NCBI GenBank assembly: GCA_964248365.1
Contig: CAXTYC010000029.1
Location: forward strand, 1 to 64,000
Source of the DNA: an uncultured Chroococcidiopsis sp.
Lineage (GTDB): Bacteria > Cyanobacteriota > Cyanobacteriia > Cyanobacteriales > Chroococcidiopsidaceae
Direction of reading: 5' to 3'
DNA: 64,000 nt
A program made the translations under genes and the position numbers. Below are positions 9,247 to 19,013 of this stretch, piece after piece (the stretch's first letter is position 1; each line of letters starts with the position of its first letter). The notes below the pieces were generated by a model. It saw only the letters and a program-made list of their open reading frames with translations. It searched no databases and was not told the DNA's origin.

Positions 9247-10563
9247 ATGCTGCAATATTTAAAACGTTTATCATTGCTCCAAATTGCCTTATTTGGTGGC
9301 GCGATCGCCACAACCGCTACTTTCTCTCTATTGACTCCCATTTGGTGTAGCTCTGTCCGCGCTGCTCTACGAGATAGCCCAAAAGCCCTAGTAGACGAAG
9401 TTTGGCAACTTGTCGACAGGGAATATGTTGATGGTACATTTAACAAAGTTAACTGGCAAGCAACAAGATCTGACCTTTTAAGTAGAGAATATACTTCTCC
9501 TGAACAAGCATACAGCGCGGTTCGGGCAGCTTTAGCCAAACTGGGAGATCCTTATACTCGCTTTCTCGATCCCAAACAGTACGACTCCTTAACTAGCCAA
9601 ACATCTGGGGAAGTCTCTGGGGTGGGTATTCGGATGGAATTAAATGAAAAAACTAAGCGCTTGACAGTAGTCGACACAATCCCAAACTCACCCGCTTTCA
9701 AAGGTGGGGTGAAAGCTGGAGATGAGATTTTAGCAATTAATGGTAAACCGACCAAAGGCATGGATGTGGAAAATGCATCTGGGCTGATTCGCGGTAAGGC
9801 GGGTTCACCTGTTACGCTCAAAATTGGACGAGCGCAAGGGCGTAATATGGTTGACCTTACGCTCACACGCGCTAAGATTGAACTGCCAACGGTTCGTTAT
9901 AGTCTCAAGCAGGAAGGTAGCAAGCGAATAGGCTATATCAGCTTACGCGAGTTTAGCTCTCATGCAGGAGAACAAATGCAACGGGCAATTGAGGATCTCA
10001 AACGGCAGCGAGTGAATGGCTTTGTCTTGGATTTGCGCGGAAATCCAGGCGGGTTATTGACTTCAGGTATTGAAGTTGCTCGGATGTGGCTAGATAACGG
10101 CTCAATTGTCCGTACAGTAGATAGGCAAGGGGGAAGTGAACAAATAGCGGCTAACAAAACCGCACTCACTAAGCTGCCGCTAGTAGTATTGGTAGATGGT
10201 AATTCCGCCAGTGCTAGCGAAATTGTAGCAGGCGCATTGCAGGATAATCAACGAGCGTTGATTGTAGGCAGTCAAAGTTTTGGTAAAGCTCTAGTACAAT
10301 CTGTGCATTCTCTGTCTGATGGCTCTGGGTTAGCAGTAACAATTGCTCATTACTATACCCCCAAAGGTACAGATATTAACCACAAGGGAATTACGCCCAA
10401 TATCAAGATAGATTTGAGCGAAGCTCAAAAGATTCAGCTAGCATCAAATCCAAACCTAATTGGTACTAGAAACGATCCCCAATACGAAAGGGCGATCTTT
10501 GCGATAGCTAACAACACCTTCGCTCAATTTCAGAAAAAGCAACCAGCAGCGATTAGCAATTAG
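9247..10563 (+). CDS. ctpB: Carboxyl-terminal processing protease (S41, PDZ domain)
   Basis: LGDPYTRF, GVGI PDZ, LDLRGNPGG, SASASEI and FGKALVQ motifs; the paralog assignment (B rather than A or C) is less certain. Confidence 0.85.
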   Translation: MLQYLKRLSLLQIALFGGAIATTATFSLLTPIWCSSVRAALRDSPKALVDEVWQLVDREYVDGTFNKVNWQATRSDLLSREYTSPEQAYSAVRAALAKLGDPYTRFLDPKQYDSLTSQTSGEVSGVGIRMELNEKTKRLTVVDTIPNSPAFKGGVKAGDEILAINGKPTKGMDVENASGLIRGKAGSPVTLKIGRAQGRNMVDLTLTRAKIELPTVRYSLKQEGSKRIGYISLREFSSHAGEQMQRAIEDLKRQRVNGFVLDLRGNPGGLLTSGIEVARMWLDNGSIVRTVDRQGGSEQIAANKTALTKLPLVVLVDGNSASASEIVAGALQDNQRALIVGSQSFGKALVQSVHSLSDGSGLAVTIAHYYTPKGTDINHKGITPNIKIDLSEAQKIQLASNPNLIGTRNDPQYERAIFAIANNTFAQFQKKQPAAISN

Positions 10564-10720
10564 CTTTTAGCGAGTAGCTTTTAGCGAGAGCGCGATCGCG
10601 CTCTCGTCAATTAATTGGCTAATATGGTATTAGAGCCAAAAAAAGCTAGAAACTCTCTTGCTACACCCATAAACTAAAAGTTAAAAGCTAACAGCTAATA
10701 GCTAACAGCTATTAGCTACA
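10553..10720. repeat. Inverted blocks of TTAGCNN / GCTAANA heptamers
   Basis: ttagcaattagcttttagc ... gctaacagctaatagctaacagctattagcta. Confidence 0.75.
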
Positions 10721-10747
10721 AATGCCGAAATAGGAACAAACAACGGA

Positions 10748-11437
10748 ATGTCAGGACAACTTCTACTGGTTGATGATGAACCAGGATTGCGTGAAGCCGT
10801 CAAAGATTATCTGGAAGATAGTGGTTTCAAGGTGAAAGTTGCTAGTAACGCCCGTGAAGGCTGGGAGTTAATGCAGCAAACTAGCCCTGATTTATTGATT
10901 TCAGATATCATGATGCCACAAGTGGATGGCTATCAGTTCCTCAAACAGGTACGGGAAGATCCCCGCTTTAAGCGTTTACCAGTAGTGTTTTTAACTGCTA
11001 AAGGTATGACAGGCGATCGAATTCAAGGCTATCAAGCTGGTGTTGATGCATATCTACCCAAGCCGTTTGATCCAGATGAGTTAGTAGCAATTGTAGAAAA
11101 CTTGCTCGAACGACGCGCCGCCAATCAAACTACCGAAGATGGCGAAACGCCTGACATTGCTGAGTTAGCAAATCAGATTGCCCAAATTAAGGCGATATTA
11201 ACTCAGAGAAATGCGATCGCGCAAACTCCTTCGCCGATCAAAATTGACTTAACACCGCGAGAACAAAGTGTTTTAAATTTAGTCACCGAAGGGCTAATGA
11301 ACAAGGAAATTGCCCGTCGTTTACAAACCAGCGTCCGCAACGTGGAAAAATACGTTAGTCGCTTGTTTAGTAAAACTGGCACTAACAGCCGTACTGAATT
11401 GGTACGTTTCGCCCTCGAACACGGGCTAATCAAGTAG
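10748..11437 (+). CDS. ycf29: NarL/LuxR-family response regulator Ycf29 (Rre1)
   Basis: REC domain plus LTPREQSVL...GLMNKEIARRLQTSVRNVEKYVSRLFSKTGTNSRTELVRFAL. Confidence 0.88.
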   Translation: MSGQLLLVDDEPGLREAVKDYLEDSGFKVKVASNAREGWELMQQTSPDLLISDIMMPQVDGYQFLKQVREDPRFKRLPVVFLTAKGMTGDRIQGYQAGVDAYLPKPFDPDELVAIVENLLERRAANQTTEDGETPDIAELANQIAQIKAILTQRNAIAQTPSPIKIDLTPREQSVLNLVTEGLMNKEIARRLQTSVRNVEKYVSRLFSKTGTNSRTELVRFALEHGLIK

Positions 11438-11446
11438 AACTAATTG

Positions 11447-11749
11447 TCAAAAGTGTTCGTGCGGTAAAAACCGATGAGCCATTTGCAGGAACACTCCACC
11501 CAAGAGAATACCTACAACTATAATCCCTGCTGCTCCGGCTTCGGATTGACCTTGCTTGATTGCAACATCGGTTCCAGGTACAACTAGGGAAAAAGCTGTA
11601 GCTGCTAACATTACTCCGCCGCCAAACCCTAGCATAGTTCCTTGAATTCGCTGTGTTAGATTGATTGGCAGCAAAATTGGCAAAGCACCGACAGCTGTAG
11701 CAAGTTCAGCTAATAAGCTGGCGATAAAACCAATAGCGACAATGTTCAT
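11447..11749 (-). pseudogene. Truncated ZIP-family (ZupT-like) metal transporter
   Basis: LGFGGGVMLAATAFSL...LPHEHF, then a stop; only about 100 aa, with the metal-binding TM4/5 missing. Confidence 0.75.
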
Positions 11750-11900
11750 AAAAGATTGTTTAATTTAGCACAATTGCCAATGTGGTTTACACTGACAACT
11801 AGTGCAACTTCCCAGTGTTTCAATTTCCTTAATATCATACTCGTTATGAGTACGTTTTACCAGCTATAGTTTGCCTATCTCAAGACAGCAACATATCGCT

Positions 11901-12491
11901 TCACCAAATAAAGGGAATTAGGCGGGTGCTAGATTGTTGGTACTCATCGTAGTCGGGATACTTTTGAGACATTGCTGATTCTTTTTGGAAAATGCGCTGG
12001 AAGTAGAGTAGAGCAACTGCCCCTGGTACTAGATACGCCCAAACTGAACCTGCTACAATGCTGAAACTCAGATAGCGCAACAAATCACCAAAGTAGTTAA
12101 TATTACGGGAAAACCGCCAAATCCCATCACGAACTAGCCCAGCCCCAAACTGTTTGGCAGTAAGCTTTTGAACATCAGCAGAGGCATTGATCAAAGTGCC
12201 AAAAATGTAAAGTGGCAGTGCCACAGCTACTGCTGTTATTGATATAGGTACAGAATTAGTAAAAGCCAAATATCCAGGCAGAGTGTAGAATACCCCAACG
12301 AACAATAGCGTGAAGATAAATCCCCCAGTTCCTGCTTGTTGATTAAAAATTTGTCGTCGCTGGGGGTAAATCCACTGTTCCAATAGCCACCAAAGGCAAT
12401 AACTGATATGCAAACATAGATAGATTACTTGGCGCAAGTCTTTGATACCGAAGGCAATAGCAAAAGCAACTAGGAATACAATTGTTAGCAC
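11901..12491 (-). CDS. DUF1295 / steroid 5-alpha-reductase-like membrane protein (5' end appears frameshifted)
   Basis: ADVQKL, GIWRFSRNINYFGD and YQQSSTRLIPFIW motifs; the frame stays open upstream (STANAQTIGLTVLTAINIAK) but ATG 12558 is 1 nt out of frame. Confidence 0.75.
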   Translation of the reverse strand: MLTIVFLVAFAIAFGIKDLRQVIYLCLHISYCLWWLLEQWIYPQRRQIFNQQAGTGGFIFTLLFVGVFYTLPGYLAFTNSVPISITAVAVALPLYIFGTLINASADVQKLTAKQFGAGLVRDGIWRFSRNINYFGDLLRYLSFSIVAGSVWAYLVPGAVALLYFQRIFQKESAMSQKYPDYDEYQQSSTRLIPFIW

Positions 12492-12591
12492 TTTGGCGAT
12501 ATTAATTGCTGTAAGTACCGTCAGTCCTATTGTTTGGGCGTTGGCTGTGCTTGTGCATATGGCTAAATTAATTTCTTTTGAAGTTTTGAAT

Positions 12592-13353
12592 TTAATGCCG
12601 ATTAAACAGCATTGAGCCAGCTTGATCCGTTGGCATCAACAGCACTTCACTGATATTGACATGGGGTGGTCGAGTGACGCAGAAAAAAATCACATCTGCT
12701 ACATCAGCGGGTGTCAGGGGTGTTAGTCCTTGATAGACTTTTTTTGCCCGTTCGGTATCGCCGCGAAAGCGGACTTGACTAAATTCGGTTTCGACTAAAC
12801 CAGGATCTACAGAACTGACGCGCACTGGCGTTCCTAATAGATCTTGTTTCAAGCCTTCGGAAATCACCCGCACAGCAGCTTTAGTAGCACAATAAACATT
12901 ACCGTTGGGGTAAGTTTGATGACCAGCAGTTGAACCAAGATTGACGACATGACCGCGATCGCGCTTCACCATTCCAGGTACAATCAGGCGAGTAAGGTAG
13001 AGCAGCCCCTTGATATTGGTATCGATCATTTCTTCCCAATCTTGAAAGCTGCCTTCGTAGAGTTTGTCTAAGCCACGACTAAGACCAGCATTATTAATCA
13101 GAATGTCTATTGATGACCAAGCAGCGGGTAAGTTTGAGATAGCTGACTCGACAGCTAGGCGCTCGCGTACATCCAGAGATAATAAATATGTAGAACTGGC
13201 ATCTTTGCCTAGTTCAGATGCCAGTTGCTCTAATCGCTCCTGCCTTCGTGCTACCAAAATGAGCTTAGCACCAGCATCCGCAAACACCCGCGCCACAGCC
13301 GCACCAATGCCGCTAGTAGCACCAGTAATCAATGCAATTTGGTTTTGTAGCAT
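12592..13353 (-). CDS. SDR oxidoreductase, YdfG-like
   Basis: TGATSGIG, NNAG, YCATK and VDPGLVETEFS motifs. Confidence 0.88.
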   Translation of the reverse strand: MLQNQIALITGATSGIGAAVARVFADAGAKLILVARRQERLEQLASELGKDASSTYLLSLDVRERLAVESAISNLPAAWSSIDILINNAGLSRGLDKLYEGSFQDWEEMIDTNIKGLLYLTRLIVPGMVKRDRGHVVNLGSTAGHQTYPNGNVYCATKAAVRVISEGLKQDLLGTPVRVSSVDPGLVETEFSQVRFRGDTERAKKVYQGLTPLTPADVADVIFFCVTRPPHVNISEVLLMPTDQAGSMLFNRH

Positions 13354-13366
13354 AATTTTAGGGGGG

Positions 13367-13394
13367 GCTAGAGGCTAGAGGCTAGAGGCTAGGG
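13367..13394. repeat. STRR (GCTAGAG)n
   Basis: ggctagaggctagaggctagaggctagg. Confidence 0.8.
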
Positions 13395-13432
13395 GGGGAA
13401 TTTTGGGGACTATAGATTTTGGGGACCTTGGA

Positions 13433-14458
13433 TTATAATTTCTCCTCTGCTCCTCTGCCCCTGGGCAACTCTGCCCCCCTGCCCCTCTGCGTCGAAGGCT
13501 GCACCCCCAAATTTTGGTTTCTCAGGGTGGGCGTGCTAGCTGCTGGGCGTTGTCCTGCTACATTCTGGCGCACAGTCACCATCGTCATCCCGTCACCTCG
13601 GATTAAAATAGCAGAGATCCATTGATTATTTGGCACAGTGGGCGCACGACCTATCTTAAATAGCCCTCCTGATGTTAATAATTCCAAATCTACTCGTGAG
13701 GGATTCAAATAATTTTCTGGTTTGATTGGTTCTTCAATGACTGCTCCAAGTAGATAGTCTTCGCCTAGTGGCTCTTGGACAATAGCATCAAAGTTGTATT
13801 GCTGACCAGTTGTAACCTGCTCTGGTAGCTTTACTTGCACTGTGGGTGGCTTGTCACCAGCCCTGAGTTGAGTAAGCTCAGATAAAATTTCCTGTTGGAC
13901 AATTTTACCGTCTTCGTACCGTTGCCGTGACTTGATAGTGGCATCAAAAACCATATTCCTATCCCCAGGCTGAGCGCCAGTAATATTAGTAATTGTTTCT
14001 GCCACGATCGCATTACCCTGCGGTTGCCAAGATTGCACTGTCGTTTGATACTTTAACTGGGGATAACGCTGCCAAAGTTGAGTTAAAGCTTGTGCCATAC
14101 TCTGGCGTGTTAAGCCATCTGAATGGGTGAAATTCGGGCTATAAAACCGCATCACGCCCTCAACATTGTGTTGACTTGCTGCGGCATCAATTTGTGATAA
14201 CAGGTTTATTAGCTGCGGTGGTGCATTATTAACGGGCGGCTGTGGTGCAATCGCTGGAGGTTGTGGGGCATTATTAACAGGAAGTTGTGGCGCAGTCGCT
14301 GGAGGTTGTGGCGCAGTAGGTGGAACTTGGGCAAAAGTTCGCTTATCAAGTGTTGTGAAGAATGTCAGTAGAACAAGAGCCAGCCCAATCTGGAACTGAA
14401 ACCGAGTTTTACCAGAAAACAACCAGGAGCAAGGCATAGAAGTCAGAAGATTACGCAT
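13433..14458 (-). CDS. Exported NTF2/SnoaL-like domain protein
   Basis: Signal-like N-terminus, Pro-rich repeats, IDAAAS..NVEGVMRFYSPNFTHSDGL and GGLFKIG. Confidence 0.75.
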   Translation of the reverse strand: MRNLLTSMPCSWLFSGKTRFQFQIGLALVLLTFFTTLDKRTFAQVPPTAPQPPATAPQLPVNNAPQPPAIAPQPPVNNAPPQLINLLSQIDAAASQHNVEGVMRFYSPNFTHSDGLTRQSMAQALTQLWQRYPQLKYQTTVQSWQPQGNAIVAETITNITGAQPGDRNMVFDATIKSRQRYEDGKIVQQEILSELTQLRAGDKPPTVQVKLPEQVTTGQQYNFDAIVQEPLGEDYLLGAVIEEPIKPENYLNPSRVDLELLTSGGLFKIGRAPTVPNNQWISAILIRGDGMTMVTVRQNVAGQRPAASTPTLRNQNLGVQPSTQRGRGAELPRGRGAEEKL

Positions 14459-14543
14459 TGGTGATAGCTTGGATATTTAATTGAGAGGGCAGCTATTTGT
14501 TTTATCTTAGGTTAACCTGTGAGTTGACTTGGTAGAGGCGGGA

Positions 14544-15620
14544 ATGGCAAACGCACCGATTCGATTACTGATTGCTGCTAGTGGTACTGGTGGACATTTG
14601 TTCCCAGCGATCGCTCTAGCTGAACAATTGCCAGATTACCAAATTGAGTGGCTAGGTGTTCCCCATCGACTGGAAACCCAGTTAGTACCATCCGAGTATC
14701 CTTTACACACTATCAATATTGAAGGCTTTCAACAGCGCTTTGGACTTGGTACGCTGCGAATTTTGCTCAAATTTAGCCGTTCAATTCTCCAAGTGAGAAG
14801 ATTGCTCAAACAGGGGAATTTTCAGGGCGTGTTTACAACTGGTGGTTATATTGCTGCTCCTGCTGTAATTGCAGCGCGATCGCTTGGTTTACCTGCAATC
14901 TTACATGAAGCTAACGCCATTCCTGGTAAAGTAACTAGAACTTTGAGTCCCATGTCTAGTGCAGTAGCGTTGGGGTTTGAGCCTACTGCTAAATATCTGC
15001 CTCGCATCAAAACAATTTATACTAGCACTCCCGTGCGATCGCAGTTTCAAGAAGGTACAATCGAAAAATTGCCTCCTCTGGATCTGCCAATACCTAAAGA
15101 TGTTCCCCTTATCCTTATCGTTGGTGGTAGTCAAGGAGCAGTTGCAGTTAATAAACTAGTGCGCCAGTGTGTCTTTGCTTGGTTTGACTCTGGGGCATGG
15201 GTTGTTCATCTAACTGGAAATAATGACCCAGAAGCTGATAGTCTCAAGCATCCTCAGTATTTTACTCTGCCTTTTTATGACAACATGGCTAGACTGCTGC
15301 AACGAGCAAATTTAGTAATTGGTCGGGCTGGGGCTGGAACTGTGACAGAATTAGCTATCATGCGAAAACCAGCAATTTTTATTCCTTTACCGACGGCGGC
15401 AGAAGATCACCAATTTTACAATGCACAGATTTTAGCAACAGTCGGGGCGGCGTTGGTATTTCGGCAAGCCCAATTAACACCGGAAATTTTGTCAACCCAG
15501 GTGTTAAATTTGTTGCGATCGCCTACACAATTAGAACAGATGGGAGAAAAAGCCTTCGCGCTCGCAATTCCTGAGAGTGCCTCACGTTTGGCTAGCTTGG
15601 TGCGTCAGCTAGTGGTGTAG
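14544..15620 (+). CDS. murG: Undecaprenyl-PP-MurNAc-pentapeptide GlcNAc transferase
   Basis: GTGGHLFPA, TGGY, HEANAIPG, GGSQGA, RAGAGT and EDHQFYNA motifs. Confidence 0.95.
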   Translation: MANAPIRLLIAASGTGGHLFPAIALAEQLPDYQIEWLGVPHRLETQLVPSEYPLHTINIEGFQQRFGLGTLRILLKFSRSILQVRRLLKQGNFQGVFTTGGYIAAPAVIAARSLGLPAILHEANAIPGKVTRTLSPMSSAVALGFEPTAKYLPRIKTIYTSTPVRSQFQEGTIEKLPPLDLPIPKDVPLILIVGGSQGAVAVNKLVRQCVFAWFDSGAWVVHLTGNNDPEADSLKHPQYFTLPFYDNMARLLQRANLVIGRAGAGTVTELAIMRKPAIFIPLPTAAEDHQFYNAQILATVGAALVFRQAQLTPEILSTQVLNLLRSPTQLEQMGEKAFALAIPESASRLASLVRQLVV

Positions 15621-15627
15621 TACCCAA

Positions 15628-15689
15628 GTAGAGGCGGGTTTTCCGAAAATCTTTAATGGCAACAAATATCCCCGCCTAACCCTTGCTAC
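15628..15689. repeat. Degenerate GTAG-type REP-like hairpin
   Basis: GTAGAGGCGGG...CCCGCC...CTAC. Confidence 0.5.
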
Positions 15690-15742
15690 GTCCATACTGG
15701 CAATCCAGCCCTAGCTGAGATTAACCATATTGACCTCACTCT

Positions 15743-16459
15743 TTAGGCAGATTTGTGTAGCTCTTGTTGCAACAATTTCTGATATATTTGTGGTAAGCGC
15801 CCTGTCATAGAATTATCCTCTATTCCATAACCAAGACTTGTCCAAGTGCTAGAAAGCCGTTGTAAAACTTGATTCAACTTTCCCTGGCGTAGCAGTGTAG
15901 AAATGTCAGTTCCCCAAGCTTGTGGATCTTTGAGCCAAGCGTAAACTACCTGATCTTGAAATTCTGGCACAAAGCTGTAGGACTTCCAAAACAGAAAACC
16001 AGATGGCTGGGGGTGATAGCGCTGGGCGATGGTGTACCAGGTAGTATTGAGCAACTGATAGCGCCCTGCGGCTGTAGAACAATTTCCCTTGTTGGGACCG
16101 CTAACAATCGTCACGCATTGCTCAGGATGATGACTCAAGTTTACAACGTGCTTGCCGCCATAGAGGATCGAATAGGGGCGATCGTCATTCGCCTCACTCG
16201 CGGAGATGGTTCGCATCAAAGCGCGAATATAGGGATCGCCTCCTTGCATTACCAAGGGTGGCAGATTCACACTACATATGGGGTCATGGTATGCTTTCTC
16301 GTGGGGCAAATTCTTCAGCAGGGAAGCTACTACAACAGTAGCAATGCACAATGCAACTAGACGGAGGAGAGCAAATCTCCTGAAAACCCGCTTTTGTTGC
16401 CCTGCTTGCAACGACGAGGTAAGCACTAATTTTTCTCTCCTCACTTCACACACGCTCAA
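15743..16459 (-). CDS. Lambda-type lysozyme / glycoside hydrolase family 24-104 protein with N-terminal membrane anchor
   Basis: RALMRTISASEA, YSILYGG, STAAGRYQ and WTSL motifs. Confidence 0.82.
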   Translation of the reverse strand: MSVCEVRREKLVLTSSLQAGQQKRVFRRFALLRLVALCIATVVVASLLKNLPHEKAYHDPICSVNLPPLVMQGGDPYIRALMRTISASEANDDRPYSILYGGKHVVNLSHHPEQCVTIVSGPNKGNCSTAAGRYQLLNTTWYTIAQRYHPQPSGFLFWKSYSFVPEFQDQVVYAWLKDPQAWGTDISTLLRQGKLNQVLQRLSSTWTSLGYGIEDNSMTGRLPQIYQKLLQQELHKSA

Positions 16460-16701
16460 CTTTTTGATGAGTAGACCTCAAGACTCGTCCCAATTGTGCG
16501 GCAGGGGAAATGGTTTTAGGTGAAAGGGGCGCGCGTGAGAGCAAAAGGAGGTAAAAGGGAGATTAAGAATTAAATATTCTGTCTCCTGTCGTGGGTCGAT
16601 CTTCGTGGGTCTTCTCTCTCCTTTTCCCTTGCCCCCTAATCCCCACAACGCGAGTGACACCGAGTTCCCCGCAATCCCATTGCCCGTGCCGAAGGCACTA
16701 T

Positions 16702-17364
16702 TTAAGCGATGTTAGCAAATAGTTGCTCAAAACTTTTTTCTGGAGCTTCTGGCTTCGCAATGACTTCGACAATTTTATTACGAGCTGCTGGTTGAAACAA
16801 AGCTTCGACACAAACCTGCGCTACTTTAGTGCGGGGAATGCTACCACTCAAGGATAGAGAGTCAGGAGCATACATCTCGATTTTGTCCGAGTTGTCTTCA
16901 TTCTTCAGCCCGCCTGGTCGCACAATTGTGTAAGTCAAACCGCTTTTCTGGATGTACTCTTCTGCTTGTTTCTTCCACACAAGAATTAGCCAGAACAAGT
17001 TCAGGGGATGGAAAAACTGAGAAGCACCGATAGAAGAAACAAGGACGAAATGTTCAATTCCTTTAGCTTTGGCTAGATCAACTAGATTTTTCGTGCCTTC
17101 GTAGTCTACTTTATACGGTGCAGTTGGATCAAAGCCAGGTTTTGCCCCTGTAGCACACAGTACAACTGTGCTGTCTCCTATAGCAGCATCGAGTGTATTT
17201 GGTTGTAGGACATCCCCTACCACCAATTCTGCTGAGTTTGGTAAAATGGCTCTAGCTGTTTCTAAGTTCCGTACTAAAGCCCGAACAGGAATATTCCGGT
17301 TGATTAGCTCTTGTACAATCCGGCGACCTGTCTCGCCTGTTGCCCCTGCTACAAATGCTTTCAT
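16702..17364 (-). CDS. Atypical SDR / NAD(P)H-binding protein
   Basis: VAGATGETG, VDYEGTKNLVD and TIVRPGGL motifs. Confidence 0.85.
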   Translation of the reverse strand: MKAFVAGATGETGRRIVQELINRNIPVRALVRNLETARAILPNSAELVVGDVLQPNTLDAAIGDSTVVLCATGAKPGFDPTAPYKVDYEGTKNLVDLAKAKGIEHFVLVSSIGASQFFHPLNLFWLILVWKKQAEEYIQKSGLTYTIVRPGGLKNEDNSDKIEMYAPDSLSLSGSIPRTKVAQVCVEALFQPAARNKIVEVIAKPEAPEKSFEQLFANIA

Positions 17365-17554
17365 ATAAAAGTCTATGTTAGTTAAACGACAGATTTTGGC
17401 GTATGTGAGCCAAAGTGCTATTTCTAAATTGTAGTTTTGATGAACTTAGCAGTGCATTTATTTTGTTTCAATGAAGAATTCGTTTGTAGATTGAAACATT
17501 AAACTTGAAGTGGGCATCCTGAAATTATAGACAACATTACACACAAAGGCATTT

Positions 17555-18193
17555 ATGCTGTCAGGAAAGCGCGAATACCAATATATGGAAGCTCCCAAAC
17601 AATGGGAAGTAGCTGCCAATCAACCATCTGAAATGACAGCAGACATACCAACTCGCTTTCACGGTCAATTTGCCGACTGTATGGAAATGTTTGCTTGTCC
17701 TACAACTGTGGCTGAGTATCTCAATGCTCACCAAGATTGGTTTTACCGCTGCGCTGCGCCAATGAAGGTAGAACCAATCGGTGAAAATGGCTATGCTTTA
17801 ACTGTTGGTCGCTTTGGCTCTTTTGGCTATGATGTAGAACCAAAAGTAGGCTTAGAACTATTGCCTCCAGAGCAAGGTATTTATCGAATCAAAACGATCG
17901 CCATCCCAAATTATATTGCTCCTGGCTATGATGTAGACTTCAAGGCTGCTATGCAGTTAGTCGAGCCAGAATCGTATATGGGTAAACTCACCCGCGTCGA
18001 ATGGCACTTAGATTTAGCAGTTTATCTTCAGTTTCCCAAGTTTATCCAGCGCTTACCTAAAGCTATGGTGCAAAACACTGGCGATCGCTTGCTTAATCAA
18101 ATTGTACGCCAAGTATCCCGCCGTTTGACTCACAAGGTACAGCAAGACTTTCACAAATCCTACGGGCTGCCCTTTCCTGCCAAATCCAAGTAA
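17555..18193 (+). CDS. DUF1997 family protein
   Basis: WFYRCAAPMKVEP, GRFGSFGYDVEPK and TGDRLLNQIVRQVSRRLT. Confidence 0.8.
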   Translation: MLSGKREYQYMEAPKQWEVAANQPSEMTADIPTRFHGQFADCMEMFACPTTVAEYLNAHQDWFYRCAAPMKVEPIGENGYALTVGRFGSFGYDVEPKVGLELLPPEQGIYRIKTIAIPNYIAPGYDVDFKAAMQLVEPESYMGKLTRVEWHLDLAVYLQFPKFIQRLPKAMVQNTGDRLLNQIVRQVSRRLTHKVQQDFHKSYGLPFPAKSK

Positions 18194-18213
18194 GTTAAAT
18201 GAAGTATAAAGTG

Positions 18214-18345
18214 TAAAGGATGAAGGATGAAGTGTGTACAAGGGAGCGTTCCCCAAGGGTAGGATGAAGGATGAAGTGTGAAATTTCCCATGCCCGCCTT
18301 TAGGCTTTAGCCTTTACCCTTCATCCTTTCCCCTCGCTCCTAGCC
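18214..18345. repeat. STRR blocks (GGATGAA / TTCATCC and variants) between convergent genes
   Basis: ggatgaaggatgaagtgtg occurs twice; the inverse cttcatcc lies downstream. Confidence 0.65.
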
Positions 18346-18354
18346 CCTCATTAG

Positions 18355-18825
18355 TTAGCTCTTGCTCAGAATATTCTGAATAATCTGTACTCCACTTACT
18401 GCTTGCCAACTAAATAAAGCTAAGAGGGCGGCATTTAAAACAATATGAGTGTAACGCGCCCAGTCTTTCCCTTTTTGCATAAAAGGAGAAAGGCTAGCAG
18501 AAACCGCAATCATTCCCGTCATACTCAGTCCTGCTAGTAGGTGAGGTCCGAAAAACAGCTTATTATTGTTGATGTAGGTGATAGCCATGCCACCAATCGA
18601 ACCGATTACCATCAGCGCCAGTAGTAATGAGCCAATTTGGTAGTGCCTAACGTTAAACCTGCCTTTAACAAGCTCTTTCTTGAGATCACCCTCGGCAGTT
18701 CTTGCCCGTCGCCATTGCACACCCAGGTACAAAGCATAAATCGACAGTCCTAGCAATACCCACATCAGTACTGGGTGAATAAAATTCAGCCAAAATTTAA
18801 TTTCCGGCGAAATTGGCAAATTCAT
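18355..18825 (-). CDS. DUF4079 membrane protein
   Basis: HPVLMW, RHYQIG, GPHLLAG and ARYTHIVLN motifs. Confidence 0.82.
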   Translation of the reverse strand: MNLPISPEIKFWLNFIHPVLMWVLLGLSIYALYLGVQWRRARTAEGDLKKELVKGRFNVRHYQIGSLLLALMVIGSIGGMAITYINNNKLFFGPHLLAGLSMTGMIAVSASLSPFMQKGKDWARYTHIVLNAALLALFSWQAVSGVQIIQNILSKS

Positions 18826-19013
18826 AGTACTCTCACCTTACTTTAAGAATCTTGATAAAAATTAGCATAACTACCAAATAAGACTTTGGATAGTAGTGAT
18901 TTTGTCTTTGTAGCACCAATTACAAATGCATTTTGATTAGTTCAGATATCTCAAGGTAGAGGTTGAAGACATGACGACGCTGCTACTGTGTCAAGCAGTT
19001 GTAATGAACTACT

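Noticed and set aside
15743..16459. Prophage lysis module
   Set aside because: No holin, structural or integrase genes nearby
16662..16673. GAGTTCCCCGC resembles the start of a type I-E CRISPR repeat
   Set aside because: Single occurrence, no repeat-spacer periodicity and no cas operon
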